Positions 18,900 to 29,700 of a DNA stretch of 64,000 bases are shown in pieces. This stretch comes from Planctomycetota bacterium (GTDB taxonomy: Bacteria; Planctomycetota; Planctomycetia; JALXBF01), in contig JALXBF010000118.1 in assembly GCA_026991575.1 (NCBI GenBank), positions 1 to 64,000 of the forward strand, written 5' to 3'. Made by a program: the position numbers and the translations under genes. The notes under the pieces were generated by a model. The model saw only the letters and a program-made list of their open reading frames with translations, had not been told where the DNA came from and searched no databases. How positions within the stretch are numbered: the first letter of the stretch is position 1; the number at the start of each line of letters is the position of its first letter.

Positions 18900-20291
18900 A
18901 TGTCCGGAATAGCGCTACCTTTTGTTTTGTGTGCGTTGGCGTTGGTGCCGGCAGGGCAGTTTGTCTTGAGATCCGAGGGGAAGGAGTCGAACTGCGCGGT
19001 GGTGGCGTTAACCGTGTGCCTACGCCTGTGGGGACACGACGTCAGCTGTGCGGCCGTGGCGAAGGAACTGGGCTTGTCCGATGGGAGTCGCGGCAGTGCG
19101 GATGCGGTGTCGCTTGCAGACCTTGAGCGTGCGGCAAGGCGTTGGGAGCCAAACGTGGAAGCACGGAAGGCAGGCCTGGCCACGCTTGCACGCGTCCCAC
19201 TCCCGGCCGTCGCACATGGCGTAATCACCGCCGACGGTCAGCCAGAACGACTAACCGGCGGGCATTACGTCGTTCTGCTGCGGCTTGACGCAGAGCAGGC
19301 GGTCGTGGCAGATCCGCTTACGATGCAGGTGGCCACGGTGCCGAGGTCTAGATTTGCTGCCTTCTACGACGGGTATGTGCTGGCGAGGGAGCGAAGGGGG
19401 GCCCGCTGGGCTATCCTCTTCGTATGTTTCACCACACTGGCCGCCGTTCTGCTGAGGCTGGCAAGACGTCTCGGGATCAGGGAAACCATATCCATCGTGC
19501 TTGCGTCCGGCCTCGCCCTTGGTACGACTGCCGGCTGCAGCCGGGAGCCGACACCGTTCTCGCCAGCGGAGGAAGGGGAGAGCCCACTTGAAGCGCTCCC
19601 CGCACAGCTTGATCTGGGGACAGTGTCGATCGGTGAGACCGTGACCAGGAGTGTTCGCCTGCGGAACGTCAGCTCAAAGCGGCTGCGTCTGAAACTGGTC
19701 GATCCCGGCTGCGCATCGTGCACGGCAGAACTGGTCCAGACGGAGCTGTCACCGGGAGAAACGACGGAGCTGCGTGTCAGTGTGGCATCGGACCGCGCGC
19801 CGGCTGGCCCATTCTACCGGACGATCGGGGTGGCGACCCGGGAAGGTAAGGCAGTACTGACGATCGAAGTCTCTGCCCTTGTGGAAGGATTGAAAACGGA
19901 GCCGTACACCTTCCGCTGCGGCTCGAACGCGGAGACACCACCGCCTCTCAAGGGCAAACTTATCCTGGCCGAGCGACTTGCGTCAGACTCCGTCTCCCTG
20001 CCCGAGGTCGAACTGGAGGACCTGTTGGCCAAGCAGACGTCGACGTTCAAGCCCTGCATGGCCGTGGGTGGAGAAGCCACCTGGGGGCCGTGGCAGAAAG
20101 TGCGTCTGCCCATGCCTTGCTATGAGCGGGAGTTTACGGTCCCACTTGTCTGGGTCAAGGACGCTGCGTGTGTTCCCAGACAGGTCCTGGCCCACGTCGA
20201 ATGTACGGTACGCGGTCAGCGAATACGCCACCAGACACTACTGCGGATCGTTCCCGCTGTAACCGTGACGGCTCGCCCCGCGGACCGATGA
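18900..20291 (+). CDS. Exported C39-family cysteine peptidase fused through TM segments to a DUF1573 Ig-like domain
   Basis: Signal peptide; SNCAVVAL (Cys), GHYVVL (His), ADP (Asp, 16 residues after His); two hydrophobic segments; LDLGTV...RNVSSKRLRLKLVDPGCASC...LSPGET; no ABC domain. Confidence 0.8.
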   Translation: MSGIALPFVLCALALVPAGQFVLRSEGKESNCAVVALTVCLRLWGHDVSCAAVAKELGLSDGSRGSADAVSLADLERAARRWEPNVEARKAGLATLARVPLPAVAHGVITADGQPERLTGGHYVVLLRLDAEQAVVADPLTMQVATVPRSRFAAFYDGYVLARERRGARWAILFVCFTTLAAVLLRLARRLGIRETISIVLASGLALGTTAGCSREPTPFSPAEEGESPLEALPAQLDLGTVSIGETVTRSVRLRNVSSKRLRLKLVDPGCASCTAELVQTELSPGETTELRVSVASDRAPAGPFYRTIGVATREGKAVLTIEVSALVEGLKTEPYTFRCGSNAETPPPLKGKLILAERLASDSVSLPEVELEDLLAKQTSTFKPCMAVGGEATWGPWQKVRLPMPCYEREFTVPLVWVKDAACVPRQVLAHVECTVRGQRIRHQTLLRIVPAVTVTARPADR

Positions 20292-20317
20292 GCCGGCACG
20301 TCGGGGAGGTAGACGAG

Positions 20318-21436
20318 ATGAGTGGAAGCGAGGCTGTGGACAAGATCGACCGAAGGGCCGCTTGCCACATGCTATGGGTCACCGTGTGGACCCTCGGGAC
20401 GGGGTTGGCGATTGCGAGCCAGGCGCTGGCTGCCGAAACCGGGCCAAGACCTACCAACAAGCCAGCGAAGCTGTCGCTCGAACAACTGCGTGACTGTCTG
20501 TCGCGGTTCTACGCCCAACTGCACGCCTTGGACGTTGAGTACGAAGTCCTGGACAGCCCGGACTCAGAACCTCATCGGGTGCGATACGCCTTCAAGGGTG
20601 ACAAACGCTACACGGCGCGCACCGGTCCTGGCCAGGAGGAGCCGGAATTTGTTGGCGGCATCGTCAACGGCACGTACTGGTATCTGCAGCCGGAGCAGCT
20701 TACGGCCGGCATCGTGCCTGTCGAGCAGGCAGGCGACGCACTTCACTACGACGCATTTGTGGATGCCCTGCACATTGCCTTGGCGGATGAGGCGAAGTCG
20801 GAGGCGTACCTTCGTCCCCGGTTTCTGCCGCTGGCGCTGGACGCACCAACAGCGCAATGGAAGGTCCGCCCGAAGCTGGAAGAAGTCGATGGACATCTGT
20901 GCCATGTGCTGGAGGGCAAGGCTCTCACGCTGTGGGTCGACACGGAGCTCGGTTGTGCTCCGCGTTATGCCGAGTTGTACACGGAAGTGGATGGCACCAG
21001 GCGGCTTGTGGGATCGTACCACTACGCCGATCTGGCCGACGCTGGTAGCGGGGTCTATTTGCCACGGCTGGTGGAGATCACTGCGTACTCGGTTAGCGGC
21101 AAGGAGAGCAGGCCGAGCAGACGGCAGACCCTCAAAGTGTTACGTATCGCCGTCGGGGACGATGTGCATGACGATCTTTTCGAACCGGCGTTTCCCCGGG
21201 GCACGACGGTGCTCGATGCGACGAAAGGGGAACGGTACATCGCCGGGCCGGCCGACGCGGGCGTGACACGATTGACTGAACAGGCGCGCGACGCGCTGAC
21301 GCGTCCGGGCGCACGAGGGCCTGTCGGCCCCCGGCCGACTACGTGGATCGTTCTCGGGGCCGGTGTAGCGGTCGTGGCCATCGGGTTGCTGGCGCTGTGG
21401 ATCCGAAGCCGAGCCGGCGCTAGGGGCGGCTCGTAA
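20318..21436 (+). CDS. Exported protein with C-terminal TM anchor, possibly LolA-like fold (locus A partner)
   Basis: RBS GGGGAGG; signal ending ALA; EEVDGHLCHVLE...LWVDTELG...DDLFEPAFPRGTTVLD pattern; C-terminal TM plus basic residues. Confidence 0.7.
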   Translation: MSGSEAVDKIDRRAACHMLWVTVWTLGTGLAIASQALAAETGPRPTNKPAKLSLEQLRDCLSRFYAQLHALDVEYEVLDSPDSEPHRVRYAFKGDKRYTARTGPGQEEPEFVGGIVNGTYWYLQPEQLTAGIVPVEQAGDALHYDAFVDALHIALADEAKSEAYLRPRFLPLALDAPTAQWKVRPKLEEVDGHLCHVLEGKALTLWVDTELGCAPRYAELYTEVDGTRRLVGSYHYADLADAGSGVYLPRLVEITAYSVSGKESRPSRRQTLKVLRIAVGDDVHDDLFEPAFPRGTTVLDATKGERYIAGPADAGVTRLTEQARDALTRPGARGPVGPRPTTWIVLGAGVAVVAIGLLALWIRSRAGARGGS

Positions 21437-21484
21437 CGCGCATCCGGGGTGAGAACGGGCTGGCATCGCGGGGGATTGGTCAGC

Positions 21485-23554
21485 ATGTACGGGGAGTGGC
21501 GTCTTGCAAGAACGGTGATCTTTACGGCGGCCGTCGCCCTGCCGTTCTACTGGTGGTGGTTTGGACCTGTTGTCTCGTCGGACCAGTGGGTGGTCCGCGG
21601 CTTACTGGCGGGGGCGGTGTACGGCGCCGTGGCCTGGTACGCGTGGGTCCGTCGGTCGAGTTCCGGCTCTGGTCCGGATAACGATATCGTCGAGGGAGAA
21701 CGCGACGCCGATGCTCAGGCAAGTACGGCCATGCGGCTGGGTAGGCGGTTCGCCATTGGTGTTGCCGTATTGCACGTGCTGCTCGTTGTCTGGATTGCCT
21801 GGGCACACAGCCCCACAGCGCACGAGACGCGCTATCTCGTGGCCGGTCTGAGCCACTGGGAGACGGGTCATTTCGATGTAGCCCGCGTGAACCCACCACT
21901 GGTACGGCTGTGGCAGGCTCTTTTTCCCCTTCTGGCGGGCGCTAAGACGGACTGGTCTGTGTATCCAGCCGATGAGCCGACCGCTGGCCTTGGTGGCTAT
22001 CGGCCCGACCTGGTGATGACAGCACGCTGGATCAGGCTCAATGGTGAAGCAAGCCACTGGTATGTCTTTCTTGGCCGCTGCGCGAACATACCGTTGTCAC
22101 TGCTGGGGGCGTGGGTATGTTGGCGGTGGGCGTTGGAGCTCTTCGGGCTGCGCGCCGCATGCTGCGCGGTGACGCTGTGGTGCCTGTGCCCGTTCATGCT
22201 CACTTACGCTGCACTGACGAGCCCGGATCTTGGCGGCGCTGCACTCGGAATCGCAGCAGCCTACGTGTGCTGGCGCTGGGCACGCGTGCCCAACTGGTCC
22301 CGTGCCCTGGCGTTCGGCGGTGCGCTCGGTGCCGCGATCGCTGCACGCACGACGAACATTGCGCTGTTGCCCGCCTGCGTTGCCTGTGTCTTCACGTCGA
22401 GCCGACCGCGGCGGCGTCGGGCTCTGGAGCTTGCGGCTGCCATGGGCGTCGCACTGCTGGTGCTCAACGCAACCTACGGGTTCGAAGGCACGTTTCGGCC
22501 GCTGGGCTCGTACCAGTTCATCAGTCGCTTCTTCGCCGGGCATAACTTTTCCAGACCGGTGGTGGGCAATCGCTTCCGAGACCTGATCGGTTGGCTGCCG
22601 GTGCCCCTGCCAGAGGATTTCGTCAAGGGTGTTGATCTGCAGAAGGCCGACTTCGAGGGCGTATCGCACTGGCCATGGTCCTACATGGCTGGGGTCTGGC
22701 GCGAACAGGCGTGGTGGTACTTTTACCTGTATGCCCTTGCTGTCAAGCTGCCGGCGGGGTCGCTGATCCTCCTGGCGGCTGCCGTGATTGGATTTCTTGT
22801 CCGAAAGACGGCACGGTCGGATGTGATAGCAGAGGTACTGCTCGCCTGCGCCATTGCGGCCTTTTTCCTGTTGGTTAGCAGCCAAGCTGGGTTCAGCAGG
22901 GAATCACGTTACATCGTGGGGGTGATCCCGTTTCTCTATGTGTGGGGTAGCCGCCTCGCGATCAATCCATTGCGTCGATCAAAGGAGCCGGTGCTGTGGC
23001 CAGTTCTGGTGACGGTCACTGCCGTCAGCGTGCTCACCGTCTACCCGCACTGCTATTCCTATTTCAATGCCTTCGTAGGAGGTCCATTCGGTGGTCCCCG
23101 CTGTCTTTGGGGCGGTAATATCGACTCGGGCCAAGATGCGGTGTATTTGTCACGCTGGGCCAAAGCCCACCCGGAGGCTCGGCCACTGTTCGTTGTTGTC
23201 CAAGGGCAGACGGTCTATCCGATCCATTTAAGCGGCCTGCGTGACTGGCAACCGATCCCGGCCGACCCGCGCAGCCCGGAGCCACACCCGAAATACCCTC
23301 CCCGCCCGGGCTGGTACGCGATCAGCGTCAGCGAACTGTACTATCCATCGGATGCGTACGCATACCTGCGGCAGCTCAAGCCCGTCGCCTATGCCGGCTA
23401 CTCGATCTACATCTTTCACCTGACCGAGCGCGACGTTGAAGCGCTAAGGCCGCTGTTTGCTATGATCGAGTCGCAGTCCGAACCAGATGAGCCTCCCGGC
23501 TCGGACAGTGCGTCCGACACCGGCGATTCGCCGTCCGACACGTCGCGGGATTGA
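21485..23554 (+). CDS. Polytopic GT-C glycosyltransferase (ArnT/PMT-like, GT39/GT83) (locus A)
   Basis: HSPTAHETRYLVAGLSHW...VNPPLVRL, LPVPLPEDFVKGVDLQ, WWYFYLYALAVKLP, RYIV, SYFNAFVGGP...NIDSGQD; many TM helices. Confidence 0.85.
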   Translation: MYGEWRLARTVIFTAAVALPFYWWWFGPVVSSDQWVVRGLLAGAVYGAVAWYAWVRRSSSGSGPDNDIVEGERDADAQASTAMRLGRRFAIGVAVLHVLLVVWIAWAHSPTAHETRYLVAGLSHWETGHFDVARVNPPLVRLWQALFPLLAGAKTDWSVYPADEPTAGLGGYRPDLVMTARWIRLNGEASHWYVFLGRCANIPLSLLGAWVCWRWALELFGLRAACCAVTLWCLCPFMLTYAALTSPDLGGAALGIAAAYVCWRWARVPNWSRALAFGGALGAAIAARTTNIALLPACVACVFTSSRPRRRRALELAAAMGVALLVLNATYGFEGTFRPLGSYQFISRFFAGHNFSRPVVGNRFRDLIGWLPVPLPEDFVKGVDLQKADFEGVSHWPWSYMAGVWREQAWWYFYLYALAVKLPAGSLILLAAAVIGFLVRKTARSDVIAEVLLACAIAAFFLLVSSQAGFSRESRYIVGVIPFLYVWGSRLAINPLRRSKEPVLWPVLVTVTAVSVLTVYPHCYSYFNAFVGGPFGGPRCLWGGNIDSGQDAVYLSRWAKAHPEARPLFVVVQGQTVYPIHLSGLRDWQPIPADPRSPEPHPKYPPRPGWYAISVSELYYPSDAYAYLRQLKPVAYAGYSIYIFHLTERDVEALRPLFAMIESQSEPDEPPGSDSASDTGDSPSDTSRD

Positions 23555-23859
23555 GCCAGAACCGAGCCTGGCAGTCGCAGCGAAGCCTGGGCGCAGGCCG
23601 AATTCGGTTCAACCGATTCCCCGGCTGGCAAGTTACCCCGGCGAGGCGCCGGGTCGGAGGAAGTCTGGTGCTTGGTCGCATCTGAACCGGCAACTCGTCA
23701 GCCGTCTCGGCGGTCACGAAATGCCTTTGCCCTGACGCTTTTCCTGGCGGGCAGGGTGTGAATCACCCGCCGAGCCGGAGCAACCGTCGTGCAGCGACTC
23801 TCGCGACAGCTATGCGAATGCTGCTCTTGCGAGTAGCTCAGAGGGTCTGGTTCCCCGAG

Positions 23860-24296
23860 ACCGAAAGCCTGCACGCCCGATTTCCGTCATGATCGTCAAC
23901 GGCACGAACGATCCAATTGTTCCTTTCAACGGAGGTCACGTGCGATTGTTTCGCTTTGGTCATAGCCGGGGGCGGGTCCTGTCGACGGCCGCAACTGTCG
24001 AATGGTTTCGGCGGCACAATGCGTGTACGCCTACACCCATCAGAACACGGCTCGAGGATGAAGACGCGACGGACGGAGCGACGGTGGAGGTGGAAACGTA
24101 TGGCGGAGGCATGGAGGGGACGGAAGTGGTCCTGGTGAAGGTAGTCGGTGGCGGACATACCTGGCCCGGGGGCAGGCAGTATTTGCCTCGGCGGCTTGTC
24201 GGAGGCGTTTGCCGGGACATCAATGCCAGCGAAATGATTCTGGATTTCTTCTTGCGCCACGCGCGGAAGCGGATGCCTGTTGCGAAGCCCAGGTGA
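23860..24296 (+). pseudogene. C-terminal fragment of a PHB-depolymerase/LpqP-type esterase
   Basis: PISVMIVNGTNDPIVPFNGG and GGGHTWPGG (Asp and His halves) present; the N-terminal GxSxG nucleophile half is absent. Confidence 0.75.
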
Positions 24297-24836
24297 GTCC
24301 GAGATTAGCTGCAGCGCCAGAGGGGCTGGCAGCCGACCGACGCAGAGAGCTCTTCGCCATTTGGCGGTACGGCACTCCTGATTCCGGCTTTCGAGTACCC
24401 TCCCGACCGATCGTCTCGATCCGCCGTCCGACCCGCCGCGCGGGTACAGATTAGGAAGATCGGCCCACGACGTGTTGGATGTCCCTGGCAAGAACTCCGG
24501 ATTGTGCCCGGCTGGCGCGAGGGAACAGATCAGATCGCGGAGTCCGATTCGCTCGGGCAGGTCCCCTCTGTTTCGCCAACCGGTTGACCGGGACCTCTAG
24601 TTCCGCGTCCGACTGGCCAACGGTTGCTGCGTATCTCCCAAGAACGCAGCCTCCTTTGTTATGAGCTGGCTGCGCGTGCACCTGCCGAAGCACCTTCAGC
24701 CAGCCACGCGTGATTTCTTGGCCTGTCGCCGGGGCCCGAACGTTCCGTGGATGTTCCTATCTCCTTGTCCGCTGCGGTCTTTTCTTCTCCAGCAAGGAGA
24801 GCCCAACCGTACCTACCGTGCGCTGGCAGGCAATGG

Positions 24837-25859
24837 TTATCCCTGCTGCTCGTTGCACGCTTGTCTTCGCTGGACCAAGCGGTATCTCAGCCACCACAGC
24901 ACTGCAGACAGCGCCGTAGCCAGGATGCCAAGCCACAACCATCTGCCCCGGTCGGCAGGCGGCTGGTGAATCCTTGCGTGGTCGATCCCGAACGCAGCGA
25001 GCGTGAACTCTTCGTCGCTGGGTGGTTGCTCCGGAATTCGGAACTCAAACTCACTACGCCACCAGGCATAGCCGTCCAATTCTTCGTTCTTCACCCTCCA
25101 GCGCATGTGGACTAACTTGGGGACGGGAGCCGGACGGAACGTTTCGTCATATTCGATAGTGAGCATGGCAGGTTCACCGGTGTCACCTTCCCGCCACTCC
25201 TCGCCTTTAACGATCGCCCACATCCGCTCGGGATCGACCCAGACGGAGCCGACGCGGCGCCTGAGCGGGTGGTTGATCTTGTACTCGGCCTTGAGCAGAG
25301 AGGCATCCTCTAATCCAGTCCATTCGATCGATTGAATTTCCACCGAGTCGGACCACCACGAGAAGGCGACGGACCAATCGGGACCGGGCTTGATGAAGTA
25401 CGCCCGCGCCGTGTAGTGGGAAAGTATCCAGCACGATTCTCGCACCTCGCTCACGCCGGCAGCGTACTCGGATACATACCATCGTCCGTCAGTCGCCTTG
25501 CCCAGAAGGGCCGAGCCCCGTGGCCCGTACAGCAAAGCCTTCCACGTTGGACCGGATAGACCACGGTCCCAACGTCGCTCGATCATGTAGCCATGTCGCC
25601 CGTTTTGTTTGATCTGAATCGTTGCGTCCACCCACAGTTTGTCTGTTCCTTCCGCGCCCAATCGCTCTCGCACCGTACCACAGAGGCGCGTGCCGACGCG
25701 CAGGTATTCTTCCATCGCGCTGCGGATCGTCCGTGCCAATACCTCCGGGGACTTAATTGCTTGCGCGTCTTGCGCGGGTAGGCTGTCAACAACGAGGACA
25801 GCGATGGTGGTGGCCAAGCCGATACACAATGCCGACTTTGGTGTGCTGGCAGACGCCAC
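24837..25859 (-). CDS. Exported protein with C-terminal TM anchor (partner class, locus C)
   Basis: GTG with GGGGGAG RBS; signal peptide; tail PSDEEFTLAAFGI followed by TM and basic residues, resembling 56039-57163. Confidence 0.75.
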   Translation of the reverse strand: MASASTPKSALCIGLATTIAVLVVDSLPAQDAQAIKSPEVLARTIRSAMEEYLRVGTRLCGTVRERLGAEGTDKLWVDATIQIKQNGRHGYMIERRWDRGLSGPTWKALLYGPRGSALLGKATDGRWYVSEYAAGVSEVRESCWILSHYTARAYFIKPGPDWSVAFSWWSDSVEIQSIEWTGLEDASLLKAEYKINHPLRRRVGSVWVDPERMWAIVKGEEWREGDTGEPAMLTIEYDETFRPAPVPKLVHMRWRVKNEELDGYAWWRSEFEFRIPEQPPSDEEFTLAAFGIDHARIHQPPADRGRWLWLGILATALSAVLWWLRYRLVQRRQACNEQQG

Positions 25860-26063
25860 GGTTTGGTCTCCCCCCTGACAAGGTGCCTGCTGCTTAGCTG
25901 GGCGGCGCGTGGGGGAGTGACCCTGCGTCTTTGCCCAGATTCAGCAGGACGGACAAATCAACGGGCCGATTTCACTCGTTGTACTCTCAGCCACTAGCCA
26001 ACCGAGGAAGCCTACGCATCAGAGTCTGACGTCCTCGGTACGGCAACATCACCGGAGGCCGGC

Positions 26064-26298
26064 TCACGGCTGTGGTTGACACAAGCACTCGTTGGCAACT
26101 GCTTTGCAAAAGCATCCGACGCAGTCGTCGCCTCCGATGGCCGCACATCCCGCGTAGACCGGACACCCAGGCGGGGCTACTCCGGAGCAATCGTCCCGGC
26201 TTGTTTCGGCACATTATCGGCCCTGTTGAGCGTTGGCCTACGCCCGGGGCTCTTTGACTACAAGAATACACAGACACACAGCCAGGACCGGATTTCAT
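26064..26298 (-). pseudogene. Decayed Cys-rich precursor gene (locus C), absent from the ORF track
   Basis: Manual translation MK/PVLAVCLCILVVKEPRA*ANAQQGR*CAETSRDDCSGVAPPGCPVYAGCAAIGGDDCVGCFCKAVANECLCQPQP*; stops at 26238-26240 and 26214-26216; Cys spacing matches 57417-57713. Confidence 0.7.
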
Positions 26299-26730
26299 GC
26301 ACCCGGTTTACCGGTAGGTTGCTCGCTGTGCGTGCCGGCGAGACGTTGACGGCGACGTTTGCTAGGCCAAGCGAGCCGGGCCCGGGTCAACCGATCGCAC
26401 AGCGCGACGTCGAACCACCGACCAGGTTATCCCGGTGCGCTGCCGAGTCTGAAGTCCACTCTACCACGTAGCTCTAGCCCGAGTATCGCCTGGATTCTGG
26501 CTGGCCGATCCTTGCAACCGGCCGCTGCACCCGGCTCACAAGAAACGCGCGCGAGACGATCGAGGCGCACAGCGTGCCTCCCCAATGTCAACGCGGTCGC
26601 GACCGGAAGATCTTCAGGACCTGCCGTACACCGCATCCAGCCAGGAGACTCTCGTCGGGCTAACATGGTTCGTGTTGGGTGGACTTCGGGAGCGTTGGTT
26701 CTGACGTTCCTGGTGCCGTGGGAGTAGCGT

Positions 26731-29700
26731 ATGTGCATTGACGACCGCACAGCACCCGCCGCTACCGGTGAGGTCACAGCTGCCGCTTTTGGCCCGGTGG
26801 GAGAAGGACCCAGCCGAGGGCTCCGGCCGGTGCCCCTGCTGATGCTGGCGTTGACGATCCTGTCCGTGCCGGTGTGCACAGGCCGAGCCTGGAGCCAGGA
26901 CGCCAAGCCGTTGGTCGACCCACGCTCACCCTGGGGCACGGACTACTACGCTCAGGGGGGTGTCGTCGTCGATGGCATCGCGTACTTCACGGCAAACGAC
27001 CAGTGTCGGCGCCCCGGCGTCGTGCGCACCGATCGGTTCCCCAGTGTTGTGGCATTCGATCTTGCGACGCTCCGGACACTTCGGACCTACCCGTTCCATC
27101 ACACCTATGACAGTTCGCCGCTCGTGTATCGCCGCAAGGACGGATCGTGGGTCGTGGTCGCACACGAGTGGCAGAAAGCCCGTACCCGCGCACTGGAGCG
27201 AGACACCGGCAGGGAAGTCTGGCAAAGCCCCGCCAACCAGCCTGGGATGTACTTTTTCGGCTACAGCTACTACGAGCGCTCGGACGGATCCAAGATCCTC
27301 TTCGTTGCCTCGGCGAACGGCCTGCACGCCCTCTGCGGCGAAACGGGGCAAGAGCTGTGGTGGCTACGGCAGCGAACCACAGGTGGCGTGACTCCGTGCG
27401 TCGACCAGGAGAATGGCTGGGTGTATTACCAGTGCGACGGGAAGCTGTTCAAGCTGGACGCACGTCGCGGCACAGTGCTCAGGCAGGTCCGAGTCCCTGC
27501 CCCCAACCGTTGCATTTCGTGGAACACCGTCCTGGTCAACGATGAGCACGGCTACTACGTCGCCACTCGGTGGTATGGTCGACCGGAATGGGACTCGGCC
27601 ATCCGCGTGTACGATCAGGATCTGCGCCTGGTGTGGGAACGCACCGGTTTACCTCACGGCAAGAAGGACACGCTCACGTACGCCGACGGATTGCTGGTCT
27701 GCGGCAGCGGCAATTCGTGGAGTGACCGGTACCATGGCGATGACTGGAAGTACCTGGCTGCGTATTCCGTGCGCGACGGACGGGTCGTGTGGCGATGTGA
27801 CCTGTCGCACATTGCTTACCGGGATATCCTCAATGTGCCCTACGCGGACGGGCACTTCTACGCCGAGACGGCGTGCAGTCCGCCGCTGACATCGAAGTGC
27901 CTGCGGATCGACGCTCGGTCGGGCAAGCTGGTCGAGATCCTTGACTATGGTCGCCCCGTTACCTCCTGTGCCACCCATATCCTTGCCCGCGGCTTGCTAC
28001 TCAGCGGCGACCTCTGGCAGGACGAGATCGTTGTGGTTCGCTACGCGAAGCGTGCGATCAACGACTGGCCAGGTCCTTTCGGCGACCCTCAGACGAACCA
28101 GATGGCAGCTCCGCGAAGCCCCGCCGCAGAACTCGTGCCGTTGCGGCTGGTGGGGCGGCCAGTTTCATCGAAACGTGCCACGAAGTCGAACCTGGCGATG
28201 GCTGCGCGCATCACGGCAGGGGGGCCGAATCGCGTGCCGTACGGGGCGCTGGAGCAGCTGACCGATGGCGACCTGCGCACCTGGTGGACGTCCGGGCCGG
28301 GCGATCTAGCGGTCAGTCCGGCTGATGTCGACTTGAGCTGGCAGCAGCCCGTTGTCGTGGACCATGTCGAACTGGTGACGACTCGGCTCAAAGGGTGCCT
28401 GCGGCTCACGGACTTCGACCTGTACGGCGGGATCGATGGGCAGTGGGACGGGGCAGAGCCGCTGGCGGTCGTCCGAGGCAATGCGGTGGAGCGGATCGAG
28501 GTCCGCTTTCCGGCTGTGCGCCTGGACCGCCTGCGCATTCGCATCTGGGGTACGGCCCGTCCGGACAACGCGTTTGCGCACATTGCGGAACTGGCCGTGT
28601 ATCCAGCCGGCGGTGCGCCGCAACGCGAACTGCGGCCCCGGCCCTTTCCAGCGTGGCAGCGTGCCCTGGGCGAGCACGACCCGAAGCGGCTCCGTGAGTT
28701 GCTTGGCCAGGCGGCCACCGTCGGTGACGCTTCAGCGCCACCCGAGCGGCTGATCCGCGGCTTGCGTCGCAGGCTTGAACTTGCTGAGGAAGCCGACCGC
28801 TATCGCAAGCGGCTGGAGCAGATTACCCGGGATACGCGTCGCTACGAGTCCTTGAACGCTCCCCGGTGGGCGGTCGCTCAGCAGGACGCCATGCGTCGGC
28901 TCCGGCAGTGGGCATACTACTGGATCGACCACCAACAAGAGGACGGACAGTTCGGGGCCGGGTATGAGGACGATGTGGAACTCGTATGCAGTTGGCCAGT
29001 GCTGGTGGTTGCACAAGACGACCAAAGGGTGGCCGACGCACTGCGACGCCTGGCAGAAGGCGCATGGCATAGCCGGTCGTTTGTACCGCGATACGGCTAT
29101 GACCGACTGTCCGACGTCGAACACTCGGCTGAGTTGATCGGCTACGGGCAGACGCCGATGGTCATTGTCGAACCAGATGAAACACGCTGGCTTCGGCGGT
29201 GCCGACTGTCGAGCGAAACGGTGGCACGGTACTTTCTCGGGCGTAACAAACAGGGGAGGCTCCAGTTCCGCAGCGACTATTTCGGCATCGATCCCCGGAC
29301 CGGTCGGCCGGCCGTCTTGGATGAGAAACGACCGTTTGACATTCCGGAAGGGGCCAAGGCGCTGAAACCGGCTGTCTACGTGGCGTGGGCAAGCAACGAT
29401 GAGTTTGCCAGACGGTTGGTTCTCGACTACGGCAGAACGTGGGTTGACGCGGCACGCGACGAGCGGGGGCCGGGACGCATCCGAGGCTTTCTGCCTGCCC
29501 GGATCGACTGGCCGAGTGGCCGAGCGGTGGGCACGCACGGCGTGCTATCGTCGATGCGTGCGACCCACTTCCACTTACTCGCCTGCTACGCGTTGACTCG
29601 CGATCAGCAGTTCCTGGAGCCGGTCCGAACGCTGCTGCGGACGGCGCTACTGAAGTGGACCAGGGGACAGATGCCGTGGGTTCGCTGCTCCGGTTGGACT

